Assembly (NCBI GenBank): GCA_963734495.1
Contig: CAVTHK010000001.1
Span: 320,001-384,000 of the forward strand
DNA: 64,000 nucleotides
Reading direction: 5' to 3'
Source: an uncultured Spirochaetota bacterium
GTDB lineage: Bacteria > Spirochaetota > Spirochaetia > SZUA-6 > CAVTHK01
In this document: piece by piece, positions 37,349-50,534 of the stretch
How positions within the stretch are numbered: the stretch's first letter is position 1
How the letters are laid out: every line of letters starts with the position of its first letter
Notes under the pieces: generated by a model
Told to the model about the DNA's origin: nothing
Database searches by the model: none
What the model saw: only the letters and a program-made list of their open reading frames with translations
Translations under genes and position numbers: made by a program

Positions 37349-38245
37349 TCAGCGCCTCGCGGGCAGGGGTTCGCCGCGGGCGAGCCGCACGAAGTCGTCC
37401 ACGTGAGAGGGGAGCTTCTCGTCCGCCCGGAAGCCGAGGTTGACCGCTTTCTGTATGCCGCCGGGGCCGAGCCGCACGGCGGCGAGGCCGCGGGCGCGGG
37501 AGCCCTTCATCATCCAATCAGGGAGAGTGGTCACGCCGCGGCCCGCGCGCACCAGCTCGAGCATGACCTCGGTGGCCTCCACGACCCGCAGGGCGCGCGG
37601 CTGCACCCCCGCCGGGTTCAGGAAGCGGGTAAAGACGTCGAGCCGCTCCCGCGGGACCGGGTAGCTCAGCAGCTCCAGGCCGGCGAGATCGCGAGGCGCG
37701 ACGCGGCGACGGCCGGCCAGGGGATGCCGCTCGCTCACCACCAGTACCAGCTCGTAGTCGAAGACCGGCTCGAAGCGGAGCTCCGGATCGTCGACAGGGT
37801 CCGGGGTCACGAGGACGTCGATCTCGTGGGAGCGCAGCCCGTCGATCCCGTTGAACTGGAAGCGCTGCACGACGTCCACCTCCACGTGCGGCCAGCGCTG
37901 GAGGAAACGGCCCATGATCGTGAGCAGCCATTCGTAGCAGGGATGGCACTCCATGCCGATGCGCAGCAGACCCCGCGAGCCGCGGCCGAACTCGACGAGC
38001 GCCCTGTCGGCCTCCCGAAGGTGCGGCAGGATGCGCCGGCAGGACGCGAGGAGGTAGCTGCCTGCCTGGGTGAGCCGCACGCGGCGGCCTTCGAGCCGCG
38101 TGAGGCGCACGTCGAGCAGCTCCTCGAGGCGCCGGATCGAGTGTGAGACCGCGGACTGCGTGAGGTGCAGCGCCTCAGCGGCCGCCGTGAGCGTGCCGTG
38201 GCGGTCGATCGCTTCGACGATCTCCAGGTGGGCGCGTTGGATCAT
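37349..38245 (-). CDS. metR: LysR-family regulator MetR
   Basis: LHLTQSAVSH HTH, IGMECHPCYEWL; divergent from metE. Confidence 0.88.
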   Translation of the reverse strand: MIQRAHLEIVEAIDRHGTLTAAAEALHLTQSAVSHSIRRLEELLDVRLTRLEGRRVRLTQAGSYLLASCRRILPHLREADRALVEFGRGSRGLLRIGMECHPCYEWLLTIMGRFLQRWPHVEVDVVQRFQFNGIDGLRSHEIDVLVTPDPVDDPELRFEPVFDYELVLVVSERHPLAGRRRVAPRDLAGLELLSYPVPRERLDVFTRFLNPAGVQPRALRVVEATEVMLELVRAGRGVTTLPDWMMKGSRARGLAAVRLGPGGIQKAVNLGFRADEKLPSHVDDFVRLARGEPLPARR

Positions 38246-38324
38246 GACGGCTCCTCATGAATACAGGACAAAGTATCATTTTTCGTCATGCCTGGAAAAT
38301 GGTCAGGTGTACCCGGAGGCTGCC

Positions 38325-40655
38325 GTGATCACGCTGCACACCCTGGGATACCCGCGCATCGGCGCGCGACGCGAGCTCAAGGACGCCCTCGAGGCGTTCT
38401 GGGCGGGTCGCATCGGCGCGGCCGGCCTGGCCGCCGCGGTCGCCCGCCTGCGCGACACCCGATGGAAGGAGCAGGCGGACGCCGGCATCGATCTCGTCCC
38501 CGCCGGCGACCTGCCGCTCTACGACCATGTCCTGGACACGAGCCTGCTCCTCGGCGCAGTCCCGCGCCGCTTCCGCTCGATCAGCGACCCGGTCGAGCTC
38601 GAGTTCGCCATGGCGCGCGGCGCCACTGGAGGCGACGGCCGGCTCGCCGCCTGCGACATGACCAAGTGGTTCGACACCAACTACCACTACATCGTGCCGG
38701 AGCTCGAGCCCGACCAGGAGCTGTCGCTGCACCCGCGGCGCCTGCTCGACGAGACGGCGGCCGCGATCGCGGCCGGCCTTGCGCCGAAGCCGGTCCTCGT
38801 CGGACCGCTCACCTTCCTCTGGATCGCCAGGACTGCCGGCGACGGGCCGGACCGTCCCGGGTACCTCGAACGGATCCTCCCGCTCTACCGCGAGCTGCTC
38901 GCCCTGCTTGCCGCCGGCGGCGCGCGATGGGTGGAGCTCGACGAGCCGATCCTCGCGCTCGACCTTCCGGAAGCCTGGGTCGAGGCGGCGCGCGCCGCCT
39001 ACGCCCGGCTCGCGGCCGGGGCGCCGCGCCCGAGGATCCTGCTCGCCGCCTACTTCGGCCCGCTGGCCGAAAACCTCCGCGCCGCCGCTGAGCTGCCCGT
39101 CGACGGCCTGCACCTGGACGCGGTGCGGGGGCGCGCGGACGTCAGGGGCGCGGCGGCGCTCGCTGCCGCGGCCTCCGGCAAGGTCCTCTCCCTCGGCGTC
39201 GTGGACGGCCGCAACGTGTGGCGGACCGACCTCGCGGCTGCGCTCGACTCGCTCGAGCCCGTCCACGACAGGCTCGGCGAACGCCTGTGGCTCGCGCCTT
39301 CGTGCTCGCTGCTCCACGTGCCCGTGAGCCTCGCCTCCGAGCGCGGCCTGGACCCTGCCCTGCGCGGCCGCCTCGCGTTCGCGCGCGAAAAGCTCGCCGA
39401 GCTTGCGGTGCTGCGAACGGCGCTCGAGCGCGGGCGCGACGCGGTGCGCGCGGAGCTCGAGGCCGGGGCGGCGGCCGCGGCGCGGGCCGCGGGCCGGGCG
39501 GCCGACGCGCCCGACCCGCGTGTCCGCAGCGAGGCGGTCCGCGCCCGCGCGCGGGCGGTCACGCCCGAGATGGCGCGGCGGCGCGCGCCCCACCCGGTCC
39601 GCGCGCGGCTGCAGCGGACGCGCTTCGCGCTGCCGCCGTTTCCAACCACCACGATCGGCTCGTTCCCGCAGACGGCCGAGCTGCGGCGCGCGCGGCGCGC
39701 CCTCAGGCGCGGCGAGATCGACGAGGCCGCCTACCGCGGCCGGATCGAAGCGGAGATCGCCGCCGTCATCCGCGAGCAGGAGGCGATCGGGCTCGACGTG
39801 CTCGTTCACGGCGAAGCCGAGCGCACCGACATGGTCGAGTACTTCGCGGCGCAGCTCGAGGGCTTCGCCGTCACTGAGAACGGCTGGGTCCAGTCGTACG
39901 GAAGCCGCTGCGTCAAGCCGCCCATCATCTGGGCCGACGTCGAGCGGCCGCGCCCGATGACGGTCTCCTGGGCGCGCTTCGCCCAGTCGCTGACCGCGAA
40001 GCCGGTCAAGGGCATGCTCACCGGCCCGGTGACGATGCTGAACTGGTCCTTCGTCCGCGACGACCTCCCGCGCGCCGAGACGGCTCTCCAGATCGCGCTC
40101 GCCCTGCGCGACGAGGTGCTCGACCTCGAGCGCGCGGGCACCGGCATCATCCAGGTGGACGAGCCCGCGCTGCGCGAAGGGCTTCCGCTCCGAAGCGCCG
40201 AGAGGCCCGCCTACCTCGAATGGGCGGTGCGCGCCTTTGGCGTCGCGACGGCGGCGGTGACCAACCAGACGCAGATCCACACCCACATGTGCTATTCCGA
40301 GTTCGCCGAGATCATCGAGGCGATCGCGGCCCTCGACGCGGACGTCATCACGATCGAGGCGGCCCGATCCGCCATGGAGCTGCTCGAGTCGTTCCGGGGC
40401 TTCCGCTATCCCAACGAGATCGGCCCAGGCGTCTACGACATCCACAGCCCGACGGTCCCTTCGCGGGAGGAGATCGAGGCGCAGCTCGAGCGCGCCGCCG
40501 CGGTCATCGACCCCGACCGGCTCTGGGTCAACCCGGACTGCGGCCTCAAGACCCGCGGCTGGGACGAGGTGCGCCCCTCGCTGCGGAACATGGTCGCCGC
40601 AGCCCGTGCCCTGCGCGCAGTCTACGGGCCCAAGGCCGCCGTGCCCGCAGGCTGA
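38325..40655 (+). CDS. metE: cobalamin-independent methionine synthase
   Basis: LGYPRIG, MTKWFDTNYHY, HGEAERTDMVEYF, HTHMCYSEF, NPDCGLKTR; GTG with GGAGG SD. Confidence 0.97.
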   Translation: MITLHTLGYPRIGARRELKDALEAFWAGRIGAAGLAAAVARLRDTRWKEQADAGIDLVPAGDLPLYDHVLDTSLLLGAVPRRFRSISDPVELEFAMARGATGGDGRLAACDMTKWFDTNYHYIVPELEPDQELSLHPRRLLDETAAAIAAGLAPKPVLVGPLTFLWIARTAGDGPDRPGYLERILPLYRELLALLAAGGARWVELDEPILALDLPEAWVEAARAAYARLAAGAPRPRILLAAYFGPLAENLRAAAELPVDGLHLDAVRGRADVRGAAALAAAASGKVLSLGVVDGRNVWRTDLAAALDSLEPVHDRLGERLWLAPSCSLLHVPVSLASERGLDPALRGRLAFAREKLAELAVLRTALERGRDAVRAELEAGAAAAARAAGRAADAPDPRVRSEAVRARARAVTPEMARRRAPHPVRARLQRTRFALPPFPTTTIGSFPQTAELRRARRALRRGEIDEAAYRGRIEAEIAAVIREQEAIGLDVLVHGEAERTDMVEYFAAQLEGFAVTENGWVQSYGSRCVKPPIIWADVERPRPMTVSWARFAQSLTAKPVKGMLTGPVTMLNWSFVRDDLPRAETALQIALALRDEVLDLERAGTGIIQVDEPALREGLPLRSAERPAYLEWAVRAFGVATAAVTNQTQIHTHMCYSEFAEIIEAIAALDADVITIEAARSAMELLESFRGFRYPNEIGPGVYDIHSPTVPSREEIEAQLERAAAVIDPDRLWVNPDCGLKTRGWDEVRPSLRNMVAAARALRAVYGPKAAVPAG

Positions 40656-40694
40656 CCCGCAGGCTGACCCGCAGGCTGACGGCCCGCGGGCTGA
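40644..40694 (+). repeat. 12-bp tandem repeat CCCGCAGGCTGA x3 plus one degenerate copy
   Basis: First copy holds the metE stop codon. Confidence 0.85.
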
Positions 40695-40733
40695 CCAATT
40701 GCACCGCGGCGGCCCCCGTGGTAGAAGACCGTC

Positions 40734-42125
40734 ATGGACAATCAGGCGTTCCTCAAGGTCTCGGGCAAGAACATCGCGAACCGCAAGGGTGAGCCGGTCC
40801 TGCTGCGCGGCGTCTGCCTGGGCGGCTGGCTGAACATGGAGAACTTCATCACCGGCTACCCGTCCTCCGAGCAGGCCCAACGCCAGGCGATCCTCAAGGC
40901 GGTCGGCCCGGACAACACCCAGCGCTTCTTCGACCGGCTGCTCGGCGACTTCTTCGGCCAGGGGGACGCCGACTTCATCAAGTCGCTGGGCCTGAACCTC
41001 GTGCGGATCCCGATCAACTACCGCCACCTCGAGGACGACATGCACCCCTTCGTCATAAAGGACGAAGGTTTCCGCCACCTCGACCGCGCCGTGTCGTTGT
41101 GCGCGGAGCGAGGCATCTACACGATCCTCGACCTGCACTCGGCGCCCGGCGGCCAGAACCAGGCCTGGCACTCCGACAACCCGACGCACAGGGCGCTGTT
41201 CTGGGAGCACCGTCATTTCCAGGAGCGCGTCAACGCCATCTGGCGCGCCATCGCCGCCCGCTACAAGGGCAACCCGTGGGTGGCCGGCTACAACCCGCTG
41301 AACGAGCCGGCCGACCCCAGCGAATCGTACGTCGCCGACTACTACGACGAGATCACCGCGGAGATCCGGTCGGTCGACCCCGACCACATCATCTTCCTCG
41401 AGGGCAATTGCTACTCGCGCGACTTCTTCATGTTCAAGCACGTGATCCCCAACGTCGTGTACACCAACCACGACTACGCGCTGCCGGGCTTTGTCGACGG
41501 CGGCCCGTACCCGGGGGTCTCGCGCGGCCGCTACGTGGACCGGAAGGCGCTGCGCGACACGTTCCTGCAGCGGAGCGAGTTCATGCTGTCGCGCGACCTC
41601 CCGATCTGGGTCGGCGAGTTCGGACCCGTCTACACAGGCGACCCGGCGAAGGACGCGATGCGCTACCGGGTGCTGGAGGACCAGCTCGAGATCTACGACG
41701 AGCACAAAGTGAGCTGGGCGATCTGGACCTACAAGGACATCGGCCTGCAGGGGCTCGCGTACACCAGGCCTGACAGCGCGTGGAACACGTTCGTGCGCCC
41801 CGTCACTGAGAAGAAGGCGAGGCTCGCCACCGACCGCTGGGGCACGACGGACGAGCACATCCGCGACGTGATGGGACCGATCGAGAAGCTCATGGAGAGG
41901 GAGTTCCCGGGCTACAACCCGTTCCCCTCCGGCGTGAGCTGGCAGATCTGCCGTCTCGTGCGGGAGATCCTGTTCGCCGAAGCGGTGGTGCCCGAGTTCG
42001 GAAAGCTGTTCGAGGGCGCAAACGGCTCGAAGCTGGAGGAGCTCGCCTCTTCGTTCCGCTTCGACAGGTGCGCGGTGCGCGACAAGCTCGCCGCCGCTCT
42101 CAAGGCGCACGCGCGGCCTCGATAG
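40734..42125 (+). CDS. GH5 glycoside hydrolase
   Basis: GGWLNMENFI, VRIP, ILDLH, NEP acid/base, WVGEFG nucleophile, WTYK. Confidence 0.92.
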   Translation: MDNQAFLKVSGKNIANRKGEPVLLRGVCLGGWLNMENFITGYPSSEQAQRQAILKAVGPDNTQRFFDRLLGDFFGQGDADFIKSLGLNLVRIPINYRHLEDDMHPFVIKDEGFRHLDRAVSLCAERGIYTILDLHSAPGGQNQAWHSDNPTHRALFWEHRHFQERVNAIWRAIAARYKGNPWVAGYNPLNEPADPSESYVADYYDEITAEIRSVDPDHIIFLEGNCYSRDFFMFKHVIPNVVYTNHDYALPGFVDGGPYPGVSRGRYVDRKALRDTFLQRSEFMLSRDLPIWVGEFGPVYTGDPAKDAMRYRVLEDQLEIYDEHKVSWAIWTYKDIGLQGLAYTRPDSAWNTFVRPVTEKKARLATDRWGTTDEHIRDVMGPIEKLMEREFPGYNPFPSGVSWQICRLVREILFAEAVVPEFGKLFEGANGSKLEELASSFRFDRCAVRDKLAAALKAHARPR

Positions 42126-42281
42126 GAATCGCCGCTTCCGCGCCGAGCGCCGGCCGTGGATTCGCCCCGGCTCCTTTTGCCCCGCTTCACCATGTGCAAC
42201 TATCTTTGAGGCGGCGGCAGCCGGCTTCCCGCCAGCGGCGCATAGCGCCGGTTCGCGCGGCAGCCGTCGGAAGGGGTCCGG

Positions 42282-44723
42282 ATGGCAAACGAAGATGCGG
42301 AATCCGCGGATTTAACAAAGACAACCACCGAAGCTGCGGTGGCGCTCCTCAAGACGGACGCGGCCAAGGGTCTCGCTTCCAGCGAGATCGCGAGCAGGGT
42401 CGCGCGATACGGGTACAACGAAGTCCCCGAGCAGAAGACGAATCAGCTGATTCGTTTTGTCAGGAAGTTCTGGGGACTCACCGCATGGATGCTGGAGCTC
42501 ATCATTCTCATCTCGCTGCTCCTGCGTCGCTACGACGACTTCTTCATCGTGACCGCGCTGCTCGTCGTCAACGCAGTGATCAGCTTTTATGAGGAGCAGA
42601 GAGCGTCCCACGCGGTCGAGGCTTTGCGAAAGAACCTGCAGGTCAATACACGAGTGCTCCGGGACGGCGCTTGGAGGGTCCTGCCCGCAAGGGAGCTGGT
42701 CCCGGGAGACATCATCAGGCTCAGGCCCGGAGACTTTGTCCCGGCGGATATCAAGGTCGCGTCCAGCGAGCTCGCAGTCGACCAGTCGGCTCTGACCGGC
42801 GAATCGATCGTGACGGACAAGCGCCCGGACGAGGTCGTCTTCTCGGGCTCCATCGTGAGGCGAGGCGAGGCCAACGGCGTGGTCATACTCACGGGCATCC
42901 GGACCTACTACGGAAGGACCGCCGAGCTCGTGCAGATGGCCCGACCCAAACTGCACATCGAAGAGGTCGTATCCGGGGTCGTGAGGGTGCTGCTGATCGT
43001 CGTCGGCGCGCTGCTGGCCGCGGCTTTCGCGGTTTCGGCCGCGCGGGGCCTGAACCTGCTCGAGATCCTTCCCCTGATGCTGGTCCTCCTCCTGTCCGCG
43101 GTTCCGGTCGCGCTGCCGGTCATGTTCACGGTCAGCATGGCTGTCGGATCCATGGAGCTCGCCCGAAAAGGGGTATTGGTCACGCGCTTGAGCGCCTCGG
43201 AAGATGCGGCGACCATGAACGTTCTGTGCGTCGACAAGACCGGCACGCTCACCGTCAACCGCCTCTCCATATCCGCGCTGATCCCTCTCGACGGGTCCAC
43301 CGAGGATGACGTGGTCCTCCAGGGCGCCCTGGCCTCCCAGGCGGCGAACCAGGATCCCATCGACCTGGCCTTTTTGGACGCGGCGCGGCAGCGGAATCTC
43401 GCCGTCGACTCGTTCGCGGTCAAGACCTTCATTCCCTTCGACCCGAAGACCCGTCGGACCGAGGTTGTCGTGCAGAAGGACGGGCGCGAGGTCCGCGCGC
43501 TCAAGGGGGCGGTCAGGGCGGTGGCCGGCGCCTGCGGGCTGGATTCCGGCGCGATCGATGGATTGGAGGCCCGGGCTGATGAGTTCGCGCGCAAGGGTCA
43601 TCGCACTCTCGCGGTGGCCAAAGGAGACGGCTCGGGTCGCCCGGCGCTCATCGGACTGGTGACGTTGTCCGACTCGCTCCGGCCCGATTCAAAGGCGTTG
43701 ATCGGGGAGCTGAACGGGCTCGGAGTCGCCGTGAAGATGCTTACGGGAGACGCCCTGCCGATCGCAAGGGACATTGCCAGGGAGGTCGGGGTCGGAGAAA
43801 ACGTGAATCGCATATCGGATCTGCAGGCGGCGGATGAGAAGAACGCGTCCCTTGCGGCGGAGGTCGCCGAGAAGAGCGATGGTTTCGCCGAGATCTACCC
43901 CGAAGGCAAGTACGTCGTCGTGAAAAGCCTGCAGGCAAAGGGTCACGTCGTAGGGATGACGGGGGATGGGGTGAACGACTCACCCGCTCTTCGTCAGGCC
44001 GAAGTCGGGATCGCGGTCAGCAACGCCGTCGACGTCGCAAAGGGCGCGGCGAGCGTCGTACTGACCCATGAGGGTCTCGCGGGCATTGTCGACCTGGTCA
44101 CGAACGGCAGGCAGATCTACCAGCGGATCACCACGTGGATCATCAACAAGATCAGCCGAACGGTCTTCAAGGCCTCCTTTGTGGTGCTGATCTTTCTCGT
44201 CACCGGCAAGTTCGTCATTTCGGCTCTCGGGATGATTCTTGTGGTGTTCATGACGGATTTCGCCAAAATATCCCTTTCCACCGACAATGTGCGGGGGTCC
44301 CGGAAACCGGAGACCTGGAACATCACGGGCCTCGTGACCATGGCGCTGATCCTCGGCGTGCTGATGATTGGGGAATCGGTGGGGTTGTTCTTTATCGGCT
44401 CCAGGTACCTGGGGCTGTCCGGGGATGTCCAGGCCCTCAACACGTTCGGGTTCGAGATCATGATCTACTTCGCGATCTTCTCGCTCTTCGTGGTGCGGGA
44501 GAGGCGTCACTTCTGGGATTCGAAGCCGAGCCGGATGCTGCTCGGCGTCCTCCTGCTCGACGCCGTCATCGCGGCCCTTTTCGCGACTCTCGGAATCCCG
44601 GGCATGAAACCGATTCCTCTCACGACGACCCTTCTGGTGATCGGGTATTCGTTCGTCTTCTCGCTGTTCGTGAACGATCTGGTCAAGTTCGTCCTGGTGC
44701 GGAGGCTGGGACTGAGCTGGTGA
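42282..44723 (+). CDS. P-type ATPase, plasma-membrane proton-efflux (P3A) type
   Basis: YGYNE, LTGES, VPVALP, DKTGTLT, QDPID, MTGDGVND. Confidence 0.9.
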   Translation: MANEDAESADLTKTTTEAAVALLKTDAAKGLASSEIASRVARYGYNEVPEQKTNQLIRFVRKFWGLTAWMLELIILISLLLRRYDDFFIVTALLVVNAVISFYEEQRASHAVEALRKNLQVNTRVLRDGAWRVLPARELVPGDIIRLRPGDFVPADIKVASSELAVDQSALTGESIVTDKRPDEVVFSGSIVRRGEANGVVILTGIRTYYGRTAELVQMARPKLHIEEVVSGVVRVLLIVVGALLAAAFAVSAARGLNLLEILPLMLVLLLSAVPVALPVMFTVSMAVGSMELARKGVLVTRLSASEDAATMNVLCVDKTGTLTVNRLSISALIPLDGSTEDDVVLQGALASQAANQDPIDLAFLDAARQRNLAVDSFAVKTFIPFDPKTRRTEVVVQKDGREVRALKGAVRAVAGACGLDSGAIDGLEARADEFARKGHRTLAVAKGDGSGRPALIGLVTLSDSLRPDSKALIGELNGLGVAVKMLTGDALPIARDIAREVGVGENVNRISDLQAADEKNASLAAEVAEKSDGFAEIYPEGKYVVVKSLQAKGHVVGMTGDGVNDSPALRQAEVGIAVSNAVDVAKGAASVVLTHEGLAGIVDLVTNGRQIYQRITTWIINKISRTVFKASFVVLIFLVTGKFVISALGMILVVFMTDFAKISLSTDNVRGSRKPETWNITGLVTMALILGVLMIGESVGLFFIGSRYLGLSGDVQALNTFGFEIMIYFAIFSLFVVRERRHFWDSKPSRMLLGVLLLDAVIAALFATLGIPGMKPIPLTTTLLVIGYSFVFSLFVNDLVKFVLVRRLGLSW

Positions 44724-44839
44724 GAGCGCGGCCGGCGTAGAGCGAGACGCGGCCTGCCCGGCGTTTCGCGGGCTTGCCCGCGGGGGGTCCTGTCAGCGAC
44801 AATGGGGCGGGCGGCGGGCCGGCCGCGAGGAGGGACCCC

Positions 44840-45994
44840 ATGGCCAAGCGAGTCGTTCCCGGCGTGGATTCCTTTCAGGGGGAGCCGCGTTTCCGCGACC
44901 TGCGCATCGGGCTCATCACCAACCCGACGGGCATGACGTCGACCGGCGTGCCGACATGGCGCGCGCTGCTCGAGGGAGGCTTCCGCCTCACGGCTCTCTT
45001 CGGGCCGGAGCACGGCTTCCGCGGCGAGGCCCAGGATGCCGTCCGGGTCGCCGACGAGACCTTCCACGGCGTGCGCGTGTACTCACTCTACGGCGAGCGG
45101 CAGCGGCCCGCAGTGGAGATGCTCGCGGACGTCGACCTCATGGTCTTCGACATCCAGGACGTCGGCTGCCGCTACTACACCTACCTGTACACGCTCGCGT
45201 ATTCGCTCGAGGTCTGCGCCGGAGCCGGCAAGTCGTTCTGCGTGCTCGACCGCCCCAACCCGATCGGCGCCGTCGCGGTCGAAGGCGGCCCGATCGACGA
45301 CGAAGCCTGGAGCTTCGTGGGCGGCTACGGCCTGCCCGCGCGCACGGGCTTCACCGTGGGAGAGTACGCCCGCTGGCTCAAGGGCCAGTACTTCCCGCAG
45401 GCCCGCCTCGAGGTGATCCCGCTCCAAGGCTACCGCCGCGCCATGTTCTTCGGCGAGACGGGGCTCCCTTGGCCGGCGCCTTCACCCAACCTTCCTACTG
45501 TTGAGGCGGCTCTGGTCTACCCGGGCACCTGCCTGTTCGAGGGCACCAATGTCTCCGAGGGCCGCGGGACGACGCGGCCGTTCGAGACGATCGGCGCGCC
45601 GTGGGTCGACGGTGAGCGCCTGCGCGAGGCCCTGGCCGAGCTCGAGCTGCCCGGTGTCGTGTTCAGCTCGACCTTCTTCACCCCCACGATCTCCAAGCAC
45701 AAGGGCCAGTCCTGCCAGGGCGTCGTCCTGCACGTCTCCGACCGCGACGCGTTCCGCCCGCTGCGCACGGCCCTGGCGATGCTCTCGGTGCTCAAGCGCG
45801 ACTACGCGGAGCACTTCGAGTGGAGACCCGACTGGGACGGGAACTTCAGCTTCGTCGACAGGCTGGCCGGCGGGAGCTGGCTCCGCGACAGCATCGACGC
45901 GGGCGAGGGGCTCGACCAGGTTTACGACCGCGCTTGTCAGGACCAGGACAAATTTGAAGGCATCCGCGCCCGTTACCTGATCTACAAGTCGTAA
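44840..45994 (+). CDS. namZ: exo-beta-N-acetylmuramidase NamZ (DUF1343/YbbC) family
   Basis: GLITNPTG, FGPEHGFRG, FDIQDVGCRYYTY, DRPNP, PSPNLP, SEGRGTTRPFE. Confidence 0.88.
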   Translation: MAKRVVPGVDSFQGEPRFRDLRIGLITNPTGMTSTGVPTWRALLEGGFRLTALFGPEHGFRGEAQDAVRVADETFHGVRVYSLYGERQRPAVEMLADVDLMVFDIQDVGCRYYTYLYTLAYSLEVCAGAGKSFCVLDRPNPIGAVAVEGGPIDDEAWSFVGGYGLPARTGFTVGEYARWLKGQYFPQARLEVIPLQGYRRAMFFGETGLPWPAPSPNLPTVEAALVYPGTCLFEGTNVSEGRGTTRPFETIGAPWVDGERLREALAELELPGVVFSSTFFTPTISKHKGQSCQGVVLHVSDRDAFRPLRTALAMLSVLKRDYAEHFEWRPDWDGNFSFVDRLAGGSWLRDSIDAGEGLDQVYDRACQDQDKFEGIRARYLIYKS

Positions 45995-46059
45995 TGCTCC
46001 CGCCGCGGCGAGGCGCGTTTCCTTGACTGCGCCGGCCGCGGCCGCTACGCTCGGCTGCC

Positions 46060-49280
<3,221 letters not shown>

Positions 49281-49284
<4 letters not shown>

Positions 49285-50261
49285 AACCAAAGGTCAAGGG
49301 CATCCGCGAGATCACGCTCGCGAAGCTGCGTCCCGCCGCGTTCATCGGCGAGCAGGTCGCCGCCATCTCCGACGCGGTCGGCGACGGCACCGCCGTCAAC
49401 GCGCTGTCCGGAGGTGTGGACTCCTCCGTGGTCACGATGCTCGCCCACCGCGCGCTGGGGAGCCGGCTCAAGACGTACTTTGTCGAGAACGGGATCATGC
49501 GCGAGGGCGAGGCGAAACGGATCGCCGCGCTCTTCAAGTCGCTGGGCGTCAAGGTCGAGGTCGTCGATGCGCGCCGGCAGTTCTTCGCGGCCCTCGCGGG
49601 AGTCGAGGACCCCGAAGAGAAGCGCGAGGCGATCACGCAGACCTTCTACAAGACCGTCTTCGGTCCGCTGGTGAAAAGGAGCGGCGCCCGGTTCCTCCTG
49701 CAGGGCACCAACTACACCGACGTCGAGGAGACCGTGGCCGGAGTCAAGCGGCAGCACAACATCCTCGCGCAGCTCGGCATCGACACGGTCAAGACCTTCG
49801 GCTACGTCGTGCTGGAGCCGATCATCCGCTTGCGCAAGACCGGCGTGCGCAAGGTCGCGCGCTCTCTCGGCCTGCCGCGGGAGATCTGGGACCGACCGCC
49901 CTTTCCCGGCCCCGCGCTCGCCGCCCGCGTCATCGGCGAGGTCACGCCGGAGCGTGTCGCGGTCGTGCGAGCCGCCACCTCGATCGTCGAGGAAGAGCTC
50001 GCGGCGAGCGGCGCGTTCCAGTACCTCGCGGTGCTGCACAAGGACCTGGTGACCGGGGTGAGGGACGGCAAGCGCCAGTTCGGGATGCAGATCGAGGTGC
50101 GTTGCTGGGAGAGCACCGACGCCGTCAAGGCGACGCCGACGCCCCTGCCGTTCGCGAAGCTGGAGCGCCTCGGCCGCCGCATCACCTCGGAGGTGGACGG
50201 CGTCGTGAGCGTCACTTACAACGTGACACGCAAGCCGCCGTCGACCATCGAGGCGGTGTAG
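49281..50261 (+). CDS. GMP synthase ATP-pyrophosphatase subunit lacking the glutaminase domain
   Basis: SGGVDS PP-loop, DPEEKR, PFPGPALAARVIGEVT, KPPSTIE; only 326 aa. Confidence 0.88.
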
Positions 50262-50314
50262 TCCGCGGACCGCGGCACGGGCGCGGGCGGCCGCGCCGAC
50301 CTTCAACTTGTTTC

Positions 50315-50343
50315 TTGACTCTTCCCGTCGACGTTTATAATTT
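50315..50343 (+). promoter_or_regulatory. sigma70-like promoter for the MFS operon
   Basis: TTGACT (50315) with TATAAT (50336) or TAATTT (50338) in an AT-rich patch. Confidence 0.6.
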
Positions 50344-50534
50344 TCCGAAACGATTCGACCAGTGTCGATTCGGCCTGCCTCCGTTCGACGATAGGTTGCA
50401 GTCAGGCCGGAATCGGGCCGACCCCGGCCCCAATAAGTGACCGCACGACTAACTCGAGCCCAGGAGGGCAGAGCCGCCGCCGCAGGCTGCGGGGCAGCCG
50501 CGTCGCCCGAGGCGATCGACATAAGGAGTCCCGA

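Noticed and set aside
38286-42110. 1274-aa and other very long antisense ORFs
   Set aside because: Shadow frames of metE/GH5 and other genes, expected at this GC content; no motifs.
50455-50470. AGCCCAGGAGG resembling the ykkC riboswitch 3' end
   Set aside because: Upstream CTAGGGTTCCG core is missing.
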